DNA of 49,519 nucleotides from an uncultured Methanosarcinales archaeon (GCA_964434885.1 CAYSWQ010000004.1:5702-55220), one strand, 5' to 3'; positions 9,001 to 15,296 are shown, counted from the stretch's first letter. Notes: generated by a model from the sequence alone, not told the origin. Numbers and translations: made by a program.

Positions 9001-10266
9001 AATCTTTTAGTTCCTAAAAGCAAAGATTTCGAAACTTTGAGAAAAATGATGGAAATGAGAGGAGTAGATGATTTCAGTAAAATGACTGGAACTCAATTGC
9101 ACTCTTGGGTTGCCCAACCCTTAGTGCGTAAATCTATTTTGGGTTCTTCTACCAAAACCAGAGAAATTGGACATGTTCCTGGATGTTGTCATGAAAAAAT
9201 TGCTTTTGAGATACCAGAAAGCTTAAAAGCCGATACTTTACCAGGCGCAATTGATAAAATTAGACAAGCACAACAAGCAAGCATAGATACAAAATTAGGA
9301 AAAGCTTACCATCAAATAAGATCTTCTAATCCTCAAACATTTTCCCAAAAAAGTTTAGAAGAAATTATTGAAAATTTAGATACAATGTTAGATAATAATT
9401 TTGTTCATGGAACAAGCTATCGAACTTTGCCAGGTTTGAAACGGGCGAAACAAACAATTGGTAGTCCAGCATTACTTCCTACTGGGGCTTTGAAAGAAGC
9501 AGGATTGGCGGCAGGAGGAGGAGAATTAGGAATTGGAGTGGTGGGAGAATCAGCACTAAACATTAGAAAATTATCTGGTGTTAATTACTTTGATAGTAAC
9601 TTAGATACAACTTATCATTATTCCCGATTAAGGGGTGGATATGATATAGGGGAATCCCAAGAAAGAATTAGTAAATTGGAAAAATTACTTAAGCAATACC
9701 AGGGAGCTGGAACTAAAAGTGGAGAAATCAGAAGTCAAATCATGGGGACATTATACAATGATTTTGAAATTTTTGATACAAGATTATTGATGGATAGACA
9801 GATAGAAACAGCTAAATCAACCATACAAAGAGAAAAAACTTTTTTGCAGCAAGCAACAGGATATTCACCTTTAGAAATTAGATTGATAAAAGAGGGAAAA
9901 CCAATAATTATTACTGATGACCGAATAGTTACTCCATTAGCAGGGCAAATTGGAAGTATTCGGGGAGAAATAACAGTTACTGGAAGGGTTGATTTGAACA
10001 ATCCAGCAGTGGGTGTGTTCGTAGAAAGAGCTGAAATTCCTGAGATTAGAGCTTATATGCAAACCGAATTAGGAGTGAATAATCCTAATTTAATAAGTAT
10101 TGAATCATATGATTTATTGAATTCAATATTAGATTCTTATCGAATGGAAATTGGAGGGAAAAAATTAAGTCCAGAACAATTAAGATTGGAACTTAAAAAC
10201 GATCCCGATGGTTTGAGAGTTTGGCTTAAACAACAATTAAAAAATTATGTGGCGGCAATGAATTAA
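1..10266 (+). CDS. Giant multidomain protein, 5'-truncated (>3420 aa): Sm-like repeats, two Ser/Thr kinase domains, metallophosphatase, HD domain, C-terminal ADP-ribosyltransferase-like domain; putative multi-effector toxin
   Basis: Frame 1 is open from base 1 (TAKVAPAPSPKP...YCKGG) into the tracked ATG at 127, so the real start lies upstream of the window; stop TAA at 10264-10266. Domain motifs are listed in the sub-features. Confidence 0.9.
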   Translation, partial: TAKVAPAPSPKPSTTPQQPTLTSVPAQTKFETGERIVYCKGGMWEACGQVKKGNIVEIKTKHIGTRTGKYTGEDSTWIHLEMHDGKKLKIPKSDVDFFESKRIGVSVSIDQGTVVKLRTKGKSEVVGTFDGETELMIFIKDGKGNVRSIPKTNVDYSTLKQHGVSASIKKGSYVEIYTPGGTRHVGKYDGETDKLIYLLDKNGKRLPPLPKQNADLKTIRQYGVSSDVKKGTHIDFRSKNGQIRFRGKYDGETDEIIYLLDKNGERKSIPKRSADLKTIRQYGVSSDVKKGSKIELTTKGKKKYVGTYEGEDTTHIIIKDKDGTHRIAKDNTNFKTVKTESTKGKTSTTDELAQARKKATSKSEPEICTISTGMATGLDPNLMNWVGQAACGCNCPTSTAKSTPSKKVETESLYDGYSYDAANNAYVKKSRIWFDDVVEKGDPKFSSLESKRLKEKARTSESDIMASTPRAKGVGEADTLAVTPGAKKKVGEADTVASIPGARKSVGEADTLAVTPGAKKKVGEADTVASTPGARVVSDADTLAATPQAKIPIATGKIKATQERIVLLSSSGAKYRTTVLDFNGNKYFFDLEEGWVKMVGFEKRPVISEQLIKKLEGSIDLTQTKLIEKGEVINLRSVYTPKKTTGSLVGSEIVLPDGSKKNVGYHIGKGTFGDVYCLEIVPPCKQVIKFPYLQKGVSNADSRRIFQEEIAITNQLDEAGVRVAKIRSSEGGVLIKDFVEGDTLWDLKATGRRLSSEQLSGLEIFWKSVRKEGIHMDATISNLKWLEKEKKWVIFDAGPRGHPGNDWQIRLNWLPPAEYEKIVKNILGQTPKTAARQIPVTQAELDKVLDLLKAARSKKPIPKSLENILEGVSPLAASQYHVVANLERKTSNLEKILFDEVEKILRETTRISSKSAAKSEDIGTAIKNYKAYYAVGDFTRGDTELARAYLLADRKSLFLGKELRAKHNSLSKIDELAREVKVSTRGNQRIYNLKGKEFVYDSKKGWIRPGVDSDLAYVLKKEEDILTTARNQVKLEELLKAEKTPKKRTVSDVSCELPLPVARAIHGLACGSVAETASTAAKKTSTAVEGPIDLRQTYTPPGTTGQLAGRKIVLPDGSTQTLGKYLGSGHFGEVYCLDNTCKKIIKLPHGKHKSLEETILTFKEEVANSDALERSGRRVAKIEAGPNHNYLIKEYVEGTPLSEMNKITGEQAKDLEDLLVQARKSNIELDGNMDNYFWSAKEKKFILIDTGSRSSVGTDWKLWFNEKLGSQAVDHLISQVYTGSRKVLPKKSGIVLSQQDYNKFISTLDEAIKNRRYDTAEVLLGHISPELLREFRVNQRLFGSVSDSSSKLLFQELKLLIGGSVDIKPVVKGQKTNLDEVSKAINEYRYLERNGLDSTESYKKAVALADQYSPGMGKKIPTSYPLTKQAELAANVKITTKGDKTIYTLAGKDFVYDGEKWVRDGFFARMFGGKANEKGIAALDAAREKAKLQQKLKGVKTPAVKKPVVQPKAKGCDIRLPAPLPQAIYGLACGSVAETAAKSGTVSKVKSSTPAKVLPFDQTKIRTPESVVTSVTNSQLSVFLGTSDKKVRTGLSYRAQLIENGDLDEARLLDFSLFDIEVKRLGKGDVKKGRELLKKKAATLPEGDLKKLINEYLRTQGDVKKDTIYQALVRKTEIKTTVTKKVGTKADETIPITDDMIIKPTAKPPPLPADALKLPTPKRTAETVALKTKDGVKYDATVYNIEGTKYYFDKDKGWQKKYFFGGLDVDEVGLKKRLAAARKTSTKPLAPKRTTETVALKTKEGVNYDAAIYDIEGKKYYFDKDKGWQQKYFFGGLDVDEVGLKGRLNEARINSIVVPKRPVVSTADEVIPVTESMIIKPTPKPTAKPPPIPEDTLKKADEVIPVTESMIIKPTPKPTAKPPPIPEDAKAAAKPTATKKTDETISVTDEMILETTPTKSTVAEKPAAVPPPTPKPTPKPAAKPAVKADEAAVSTSRKDVQITESHTGSDGKEYTYDVLKGKWTDENIPAAIKKELDAVRAKSAAKLEEVISATKPAPKKVQTRTATDTSASQATPRKRTPNDANPGLTIQQLDGEYYILDDGKWKWEQYVDGELMDVSPELSKALNLQRKSQSIRLKTKIADPVADTVDTVRKSKRYEGSPIYKIGGDKYYLGKDGKTWYKKGLIGFLDKKVDDDFQAVLDYAHLRQSGKIPKPTDLSDIVVQTKAMQGYSGSPVDIRVYQMDGRQYILFPDNYKLLNPNQGEWGGPGWYAYDPDVKLYQIRHIDQYPDFKSTKLRLERFRANEAAKPKGKKPVVRGVAPAPIVVESPIRLPSKTADRLRSTPAAAPVENIRSGKQGVVAVGDLHGSYDNLFDDINRQITAFDSSSTQRILTGNRNDPTTWKWAGGDATIVQVGDIYDRGEFGSLLRTTFNRLDDEAKKSGGRVIRLMGNHELFFIEEGRNIINYADQKEVANFAARYAKKHGVQLDEFEARLKYIAEVKKGILEDIAAGRLHASAAVDGELFTHAGVSLRKFPNWKGKTASEISADINSRFKKAVKSYQESGNYKTAFNDPIFDIGKSRGGKADQGGIFWLDSVEIRKSSDWDLGFKQIRGHEADVSTKTKGIRTERTENVITVDVGRTQSYGGGKGAYYNKRPAQAKKPAVQPKAKGCELPASVARAVYGLACGSAVKKTSTDRVYQARNAAVVINEKGDDYVFELAGRGFVYDANKGWVRDGFFARMFGGKASPKGIKELNKARKEVRISRTTFTLDKKKYVYDAKTRSWKQKRWWWTDKKITNKDAEFSKLEKQKRQEIFTNFQYEGDEVMGAMAQEYPELRALFAADAGVGEGYTIQQHTKMVFDLFEQHRSILATVQSPKGVDLERLFPAMLALHDIGKPEAIAKGTKHLQHQYTLPILEKTLKKMGFGQAEIDLAKNLVRHDTLGDLATGRISTIDAFEKLNSLAKSSGMEADEFLKLQQLFFTSDAASYAFVRQQSFVQKGNLLVPKSKDFETLRKMMEMRGVDDFSKMTGTQLHSWVAQPLVRKSILGSSTKTREIGHVPGCCHEKIAFEIPESLKADTLPGAIDKIRQAQQASIDTKLGKAYHQIRSSNPQTFSQKSLEEIIENLDTMLDNNFVHGTSYRTLPGLKRAKQTIGSPALLPTGALKEAGLAAGGGELGIGVVGESALNIRKLSGVNYFDSNLDTTYHYSRLRGGYDIGESQERISKLEKLLKQYQGAGTKSGEIRSQIMGTLYNDFEIFDTRLLMDRQIETAKSTIQREKTFLQQATGYSPLEIRLIKEGKPIIITDDRIVTPLAGQIGSIRGEITVTGRVDLNNPAVGVFVERAEIPEIRAYMQTELGVNNPNLISIESYDLLNSILDSYRMEIGGKKLSPEQLRLELKNDPDGLRVWLKQQLKNYVAAMN
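151..1020 (+). repeat. Five tandem ~59-60 aa Sm/Hfq-like (SH3-type beta-barrel) repeats in the giant protein
   Basis: Consensus KKGxxVxIxTKxxxxxxGxYxGETxxxIxLxDxxGxxxxIPKxxxD; identical 56-bp DNA at 639-694 and 819-874 (180-bp period). The fold is inferred from the pattern. Confidence 0.75.
1378..1650 (+). repeat. About six 15-16 aa tandem repeats GEADT[LV]A[VS][TI]PGAxKxV (48-bp unit)
   Basis: Visible directly in protein and DNA, alternating A/B units. Confidence 0.9.
1900..2480 (+). other. Protein kinase domain 1 of the giant protein
   Basis: IGKGTFGDVY Gly-loop (~2000), VIK Lys (2065), helix-C EE, catalytic loop HMDATISN (2323-2346), DAG (2386). Confidence 0.85.
3270..3850 (+). other. 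Protein kinase domain 2 of the giant protein
   Basis: LGSGHFGEVY (~3376), IIK, EE, ELDGNMDN (D at 3688, N at 3703), DTG (3745); clear paralog of kinase 1. Confidence 0.85.
5065..5970 (+). repeat. Pro/Lys/Thr-rich linker with 210-bp and 99-bp internal duplications
   Basis: PKRTxETVALKTKxGVxYDA...FFGGLDVDEVGLK at 5161 and 5371; DEVIPVTESMIIKPTPKPTAKPPPIPED at 5602 and 5701; related DETIPITDDMII and DETISVTDEMIL. Confidence 0.9.
7070..7960 (+). other. Calcineurin-like metallophosphoesterase domain (PPP family, Shewanella-like phosphatase type)
   Basis: GDLHG (7087), GDIYDRG (7243), GNHE (7348), THAG (7573), RGH (~7837), VDVG (7906). Confidence 0.9.
8460..9060 (+). other. HD-superfamily phosphohydrolase domain
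   Basis: TIQQHT (H at 8563), LALHDIGKP (HD at 8674), LQH, RHD, SDA (D at 8950). Confidence 0.8.
9390..10200 (+). other. Putative H-Y-E class ADP-ribosyltransferase-like C-terminal domain
   Basis: FVHGTS (9400-9417), LLPTG, TYHYS (9610-9624), RGEITVTGRVDL...VFV (E at 9967); a downstream ARH gene supports the call. Confidence 0.55.
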
Positions 10267-10269
10267 GTT

Positions 10270-10284
10270 AAAAACATTTAAATA
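10270..10284 (+). promoter_or_regulatory. BRE-TATA promoter, probable leaderless transcript of the 107-aa gene
   Basis: aaaaaca-TTTAAATA ending ~21 nt before ATG 10306. Confidence 0.6.
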
Positions 10285-10305
10285 AATTGAAAAAAATATA
10301 ATAAA

Positions 10306-10629
10306 ATGGTAGTAAATTTGCAATTTGTGCTTTTATCAATTGAAGCTAAAACCAAAACAAGAAATGAACCGAGTTCAACTTATTTTATTCTTAAATTTAA
10401 GAACAACATAGGTTCTATTTTTGAACAAGAAATAAAATGTTTAGTTACTTTAGAGGATTTGATTAAAAAAAGTTATTTTGATAAAACAATCATTGAAACT
10501 GCTAAATTGTTTAAAGAGATGGATAAACAAAAGAATAAAGAATGGTTGGCAGAATGGGTTAAATTTACTGAACAAGTGATTGCTGTTTTTCAAAATAATA
10601 CAAAAGTTAAAGTAGAAATTTCTTATTAG
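10306..10629 (+). CDS. Hypothetical 107-aa protein, candidate immunity protein
   Basis: ORF with its own TATA box, 39 nt after the giant gene stop; no recognisable motif. Confidence 0.7.
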   Translation: MVVNLQFVLLSIEAKTKTRNEPSSTYFILKFKNNIGSIFEQEIKCLVTLEDLIKKSYFDKTIIETAKLFKEMDKQKNKEWLAEWVKFTEQVIAVFQNNTKVKVEISY

Positions 10630-10654
10630 TACTACTCTTTAGAAGTTAAATTTT

Positions 10655-10669
10655 CGAAAGATTTATAAA
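10655..10669 (+). promoter_or_regulatory. BRE-TATA promoter of the ARH gene
   Basis: cgaaaga-TTTATAAA ending ~21 nt before ATG 10691. Confidence 0.7.
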
Positions 10670-10690
10670 TCTCCCTTAGAATTAATTTTT

Positions 10691-11602
10691 ATGAGAGAGA
10701 AATACCTTGGTTCCATATTGGGTTTGGCTGTCAATGATGCATTAGGAATGGCTACTGAATCAAAAACTAAAGAAGAAATTAAGGCAGAATTTGGTATAGT
10801 AAAAGATTATAAAAAGGGTTACTTGCCAACAGGAAGTTATACAGATGATTCTCAACAAACAATAATTCTGAGTGATTCTTTAGTGAAAAATAAAGGATTG
10901 GTTATTGATGATTATTTTAATTCTTTGCGTTTGCGAACAGATATGGGGAGGGGAATTGGTCCAAGTTTAATAAGACTTTTTACAGGTGAAAAAAGAAACC
11001 CTTATCCATCTAATGGATTGGCAATGAAGATTGCCCCAGTAGCTTTATTTTATCGAAATCAGCCAGAAAATATTAATCCAACAATTGAAAAATTGGGTAA
11101 ATTGACACATCCTCATTCGGGTTCGGTAGGAGGGGCCGTAGCAATAGCCCAAGCAGTCAATTATGTTATTCAGCACAACCACACTTCGTTTGACCAAAAT
11201 GAATTTTTGACAAGAATAATTGAAAATGTGGAAGAATACGATGATAAATTAGCTGAAATGATAAGAAAAAACAAAACCATTGAACGAATGTCGGCAAGTG
11301 TATATGCTTCAGTTCCCAACGCATTGTTTACATTTTTAAATAATCCTTCTGATTTTGAACAAGGTTCCATAGAACTAGTAAATTCCGGAGGAGATACAGA
11401 TACCAAAGCTTCAATGTTTGGAGCAATCTCTGGGGCATACAATGGAGTAGAAAGTATTCCTAAAAGATGGGTTTTAGGTTTGGAAAATGGAAATGAAGGA
11501 AAGGATTATTTGGAAGAATTAGCTGTTAAATTGTATGCTGGCAGTCAATCGGAAAAAAAAGGTTTTTTTAAAAATCTAATGAGTAGGCTCAATTCTAAAT
11601 AA
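10691..11602 (+). CDS. ADP-ribosylglycohydrolase (DraG/ARH family)
   Basis: GLAVNDALG, YTDDSQQ, SNGLAMKIAP, LTHPH, GGDTDTKASMFGAISGA motifs. Confidence 0.92.
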   Translation: MREKYLGSILGLAVNDALGMATESKTKEEIKAEFGIVKDYKKGYLPTGSYTDDSQQTIILSDSLVKNKGLVIDDYFNSLRLRTDMGRGIGPSLIRLFTGEKRNPYPSNGLAMKIAPVALFYRNQPENINPTIEKLGKLTHPHSGSVGGAVAIAQAVNYVIQHNHTSFDQNEFLTRIIENVEEYDDKLAEMIRKNKTIERMSASVYASVPNALFTFLNNPSDFEQGSIELVNSGGDTDTKASMFGAISGAYNGVESIPKRWVLGLENGNEGKDYLEELAVKLYAGSQSEKKGFFKNLMSRLNSK

Positions 11603-11646
11603 AAAGCTTCATAAAATTTATAAATTAATTTCTTAATTAGGTTTGA

Positions 11647-12324
11647 ATGCAAAAGAAAAGTATTTTATTTGTGTTTTTAGTAATATTTTCTTTATTTTTA
11701 ACTAGTTGTAATTTAAAAACACCCACTGGAGGGGCAGTGGTTGACAAATGTAATTCAATAAAAGGAATAAATAAAAATAGTTGTTATCTAGATACTTTGC
11801 AATGTAGTAAAATTACTGATTCAGAAATTAGGGATTCTTGTGTGGCTGAATTAGCACAAAAGAAAAAAGATATTAGTATTTGTAGATTGATAAAAACAGA
11901 AAAGATTAAAGGTTATTGTCAAGAAACTATTGCCGAAATAAAAAATGATGTTTCTATCTGTAAATCAATTAAAGATATTTATTGGAAGAATAATTGTTAT
12001 TATCAATTGAGTTTAAAAAATAATCAAAGCAAAACTTGTTTAGATATTTCAAGTAAATCGCAACAAATAGATTGTTTAAAAAAGGTTGCCCTTGCTACTC
12101 AAGATGAAACGGTTTGTAAATTACTAGGACCTGAAGAAAGTCAACCTTGTTATTATCAAATTGCTAAAAAAACCAACAATATTTCTGTTTGTAAAATGAT
12201 TGAAAACAAATTAAATAGAAATAATTGTATATTTGGAGTTGCTAAAAGAACAAAAAATTTGAATACTTGTAATGAAATTTCTAATAATCAAATTAAAGAT
12301 AAATGTGTAAGTATGGTTAAATAA
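11647..12324 (+). CDS. Secreted or lipid-anchored Cys-rich repeat protein
   Basis: Signal peptide ending in LTSC; ~25-26 aa repeats CxxIxxxxxxxxCxxxxAxxxxDxxxC; TTTATAAA at 11617-11624. Confidence 0.8.
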   Translation: MQKKSILFVFLVIFSLFLTSCNLKTPTGGAVVDKCNSIKGINKNSCYLDTLQCSKITDSEIRDSCVAELAQKKKDISICRLIKTEKIKGYCQETIAEIKNDVSICKSIKDIYWKNNCYYQLSLKNNQSKTCLDISSKSQQIDCLKKVALATQDETVCKLLGPEESQPCYYQIAKKTNNISVCKMIENKLNRNNCIFGVAKRTKNLNTCNEISNNQIKDKCVSMVK

Positions 12325-12337
12325 AAGAAAAATAATT

Positions 12338-12520
12338 TTATTTTTTATTCCAAGTATATTTTCTTATTTTGGTTGTTCCGGTTGCTTTAGCGGCCCCACC
12401 ATATCCACAACTGCTACATTTTTTCTTTCTAATATGGTAACTGTGAGATCCACATCTACGACAGTTGATATGGGATTTCTTTCCGCTTCTTCTTCCTTGA
12501 CTTGGTGTTCCTTTGGTCAT
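12338..12520 (-). CDS. rpl37e: 50S ribosomal protein L37e
   Basis: MTKGTPSQG...CRRCG..SYH...CSSCGY; adjacent to lsm as is usual in archaea. Confidence 0.97.
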   Translation of the reverse strand: MTKGTPSQGRRSGKKSHINCRRCGSHSYHIRKKKCSSCGYGGAAKATGTTKIRKYTWNKK

Positions 12521-12521
12521 T

Positions 12522-12803
12522 TTAAGCTGGTGAGATGGTTATAATTGTATCTCCCCTAATGAAAACATTCCCTAGTTTTCTTTTTAATACTTTATTTCCA
12601 GTTCTTACTCTTACTGGCTTACCATCAATTTCTTTTTCTACTTCTTCTAAAACATGTTCTTCTGCTTCTTCTAGCACCATGTTAATATGAATATCAAAAG
12701 CTTTTAATCTACCAATATATTGGTGTCCATTTTTTAAATCAACCATGACATTTTTATTTCTGGATTGGTTTAACATATCCAAAGGTCTTGAATTTTCTTC
12801 CAT
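12522..12803 (-). CDS. lsm: Sm-like archaeal protein (LSm/SmAP) with an extended loop
   Basis: RPLDML, GRLKAFDIHINMVL (Sm1), FIRGDTI (Sm2). Confidence 0.95.
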   Translation of the reverse strand: MEENSRPLDMLNQSRNKNVMVDLKNGHQYIGRLKAFDIHINMVLEEAEEHVLEEVEKEIDGKPVRVRTGNKVLKRKLGNVFIRGDTIITISPA

Positions 12804-12881
12804 TTTAATATCCCCCTAATGAGTTAATTAATGTCTTCAAACGGCGGCTGTTATTTAAATCTTACGAAAAATTTTATGTTT

Positions 12882-12924
12882 TTCGGAAGATACTAGAAAC
12901 TTGGTTTCTTTGTATCTTACGGAA
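12882..12924. terminator. Imperfect hairpin just downstream of the wHTH gene
   Basis: aagatac/gtatctt and agaaac/gtttct stems. Confidence 0.35.
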
Positions 12925-12929
12925 TTTCA

Positions 12930-13247
12930 CTATTTTTTAACACGATCTAAGAATTCTTTTACTCTTGAATGTCCAGTTGGCTTAGCTTCTGGACCCAAAG
13001 AATAATATATCTTTTCTACTGTTTTTCCCCAAGAAAAATCGCCCTCTTCAACTTCAATTTTGTTTAAGTTGATTTCTTTTAAAGTAACTCCTTTTCGTAA
13101 ATGATAATAAATACTTCTTTGACTTACTTTGGCAAAAACTTCATTGTAAATCTTACTAATTTGGTAGCCGTAACCTTTGCCAATAAAATAGAGAATCTCT
13201 AAAATGTTCTGTCTAATGGCACTTTGACAAGGTCTTCCTTTCTTCAT
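12930..13247 (-). CDS. Winged-helix (PadR-like) DNA-binding protein
   Basis: ILEIL...YGYQI...VSQRSIYYHL...KIYYSLG pattern. Confidence 0.7.
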   Translation of the reverse strand: MKKGRPCQSAIRQNILEILYFIGKGYGYQISKIYNEVFAKVSQRSIYYHLRKGVTLKEINLNKIEVEEGDFSWGKTVEKIYYSLGPEAKPTGHSRVKEFLDRVKK

Positions 13248-13351
13248 ATACTAATTAAAAAGAGAAATTCTTTTTTATATCTTTCTTTTTTTATCAATAG
13301 TTCCTAAAAATTTATATATTTCGATGAAATTTAGTTTCTTGGTGGTCCAAA

Positions 13352-13582
13352 ATGAAATCATTTGTCTTAGTAAGTTTGTTGTCTTGTGATGAAAAAAAAG
13401 TTTTAGATGAATTAAAATACTTAGAAGAAGTTAAAAGTGGTTATATTTTGTTTGGAGAATGGGATATTTTAATAGAATTAGATATTGGAGAACCAGAAAG
13501 ATTAGGTGCTTTTGTAATGGAAAAAATTCGTTCTCGGGAAGATGTTAAATTAACTAGTAGTTTAATTGTGGCAGGTCGATGA
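13352..13582 (+). CDS. Stand-alone Lrp/AsnC ligand-binding domain protein
   Basis: LFGEWDILI...IRSREDVKLTSSLIV pattern. Confidence 0.85.
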   Translation: MKSFVLVSLLSCDEKKVLDELKYLEEVKSGYILFGEWDILIELDIGEPERLGAFVMEKIRSREDVKLTSSLIVAGR

Positions 13583-13902
13583 GTAGGAAACCAATCCCAA
13601 AACGGAAGCAGAAAGAAATAGCTCGCGAAAGAATAACAACATTATTTCAAGAAGCAGAAAAGGTTTATTCTAAAAATAAATCTCTTAGTAATCGCTATGT
13701 TACTTTAGCGAGAAAAGTAGCAATGAAAGTTCGATTAAGGATTCCTGGTGAATTAAAAAGAAAATTCTGTAAACATTGCCATAAGTATTTGAGATCAGGA
13801 GATAATTGTAGGGTTCGTACGCGGGAAGGGAAATTGGTTATTTATTGTTTAGAATGTAAAAAGTATACAAGGGTTGTGTTGAAGAAAAAAGAAAAAAATT
13901 AA
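13579..13902 (+). CDS. rnp4: Ribonuclease P protein component 4 (Rpp21)
   Basis: IARERITTLF, RYVTLARKVAMK, KRKFCKHC...CLEC zinc ribbon. Confidence 0.93.
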   Translation: MSRKPIPKRKQKEIARERITTLFQEAEKVYSKNKSLSNRYVTLARKVAMKVRLRIPGELKRKFCKHCHKYLRSGDNCRVRTREGKLVIYCLECKKYTRVVLKKKEKN

Positions 13903-15296
13903 CCTTTGATAATTGTTTGTTCTGCTTCTGGACCTACTGAAACAATTCTTGGTTTTGCTCCAGTGTGCTTAGCTAAACAATCAATAGTTTCTTGTACAGT
14001 TCCAGGTAATTGTTCATATACTCGACAATCTTGAAAATCTTCATGCCAAGGACCAAATCGCTGGTAAACTCCAGTTTGGTTGTAATTAATATCTTCTCCA
14101 TGATTAATTGAAGTGGTCTGTTCATTTTTTCCGTTTTCGTAAGCAACTCCTAATTCAATTTTATCAACACCCACCATACAATCCGCTTTTGTTAGAATGA
14201 CGTTTGGTCCATTAACCCATAAGGCGTGTTTTAAAGCCACCAAATCTGTTCTTCCAATCCTCCTGGGTCTTTCCGTGGTGGCCCCGTATTCATTAGCAGC
14301 TAATCTAATACCAACTCCTTTCATGAAGGAATCTTCATGATTAATCAAATCTCTGCCTGAATATTCTGCTTCTTCGAAAGGTTTCTTATGCGCATTTCCA
14401 TTATCTTGAGCACAATATTCTTCTGATTTTTTACCACCATATTCTGTGGGGAAAGGTCCATTGCCCACCCTAGTCATAAATGGAAATTTAACTATCCCTA
14501 AAGTCAAATCAATATCTTCAGGAAGTAAACCAACTCCTTTAGCTAGCCCAATTCTTGAAGGGTCACTACTAGTAACAAAAGGTTTAGTCCCATAATCAAT
14601 ACTTAATAAAAGTCCTTGTGCCCCTTCTAATAATATTCTTTGATCATCTGCTTTTGCTTTTCTTAGTAAGGTGTCGGTATCACAAACAAAATCTTTTATT
14701 CTTTGATAATATTTTAGTTGCTCTGCCACAATCTGATCTATATCTAAATTTAAATGGTGGTGATGTTCTGTTTGTACTCTTCTCAATTTTTTTACAAAAT
14801 TATCTACGTCTGCCAAATCCCCAACTTGGATATCAAATCTGGCAACTTTGTCAGCATAAGCTGGACCAATCCCTCTTCCCGTAGTTCCTATTTTTCCTTC
14901 TTTCATGCTGCTTTGATTTCCATCTAATAGTTTATGATAAGGAAGAATAAGATTAGCTTTCTCACTAATTCTTAATCCATTGTAACTATAACCGTGCTCA
15001 TCTAAAGTATCTAATTCATCAACTACAACCTCTAAATCATCAACCATCCCAGAACCCATAACACAGATTTTTCCTTCTTTATCTTTTAAAATTCCACTAG
15101 GGAGTAAATGGAAGATGTATTCTTGATTATTAAGCACAATGGTGTGTCCTGCATTATTTCCTCCAGTACCTCGAGCAATAATATCTGCCCAATCAGCATA
15201 GAGATCAACAAATTTTCCTTTTCCAGTATCGCCCCATTGATTACAGACAATAGCTAAAGTTTTTACATTATTCAAAATCGAATTTGGATTTAACAT
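13899..15296 (-). CDS. purA: Adenylosuccinate synthetase
   Basis: QWGDTGKGK, GGNNAGHT, IGTTGRGIGPAY, EGAQG, EYGATTERPRR. Confidence 0.97.
   Translation of the reverse strand: MLNPNSILNNVKTLAIVCNQWGDTGKGKFVDLYADWADIIARGTGGNNAGHTIVLNNQEYIFHLLPSGILKDKEGKICVMGSGMVDDLEVVVDELDTLDEHGYSYNGLRISEKANLILPYHKLLDGNQSSMKEGKIGTTGRGIGPAYADKVARFDIQVGDLADVDNFVKKLRRVQTEHHHHLNLDIDQIVAEQLKYYQRIKDFVCDTDTLLRKAKADDQRILLEGAQGLLLSIDYGTKPFVTSSDPSRIGLAKGVGLLPEDIDLTLGIVKFPFMTRVGNGPFPTEYGGKKSEEYCAQDNGNAHKKPFEEAEYSGRDLINHEDSFMKGVGIRLAANEYGATTERPRRIGRTDLVALKHALWVNGPNVILTKADCMVGVDKIELGVAYENGKNEQTTSINHGEDINYNQTGVYQRFGPWHEDFQDCRVYEQLPGTVQETIDCLAKHTGAKPRIVSVGPEAEQTIIKG

Noticed and set aside
367-10001. Short minus-strand ORFs within the giant gene
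   Set aside because: Antisense shadows of a long coding frame; no motifs or initiation signals.
11170-11442. 90-aa minus-strand ORF
   Set aside because: Antisense to the ARH gene.
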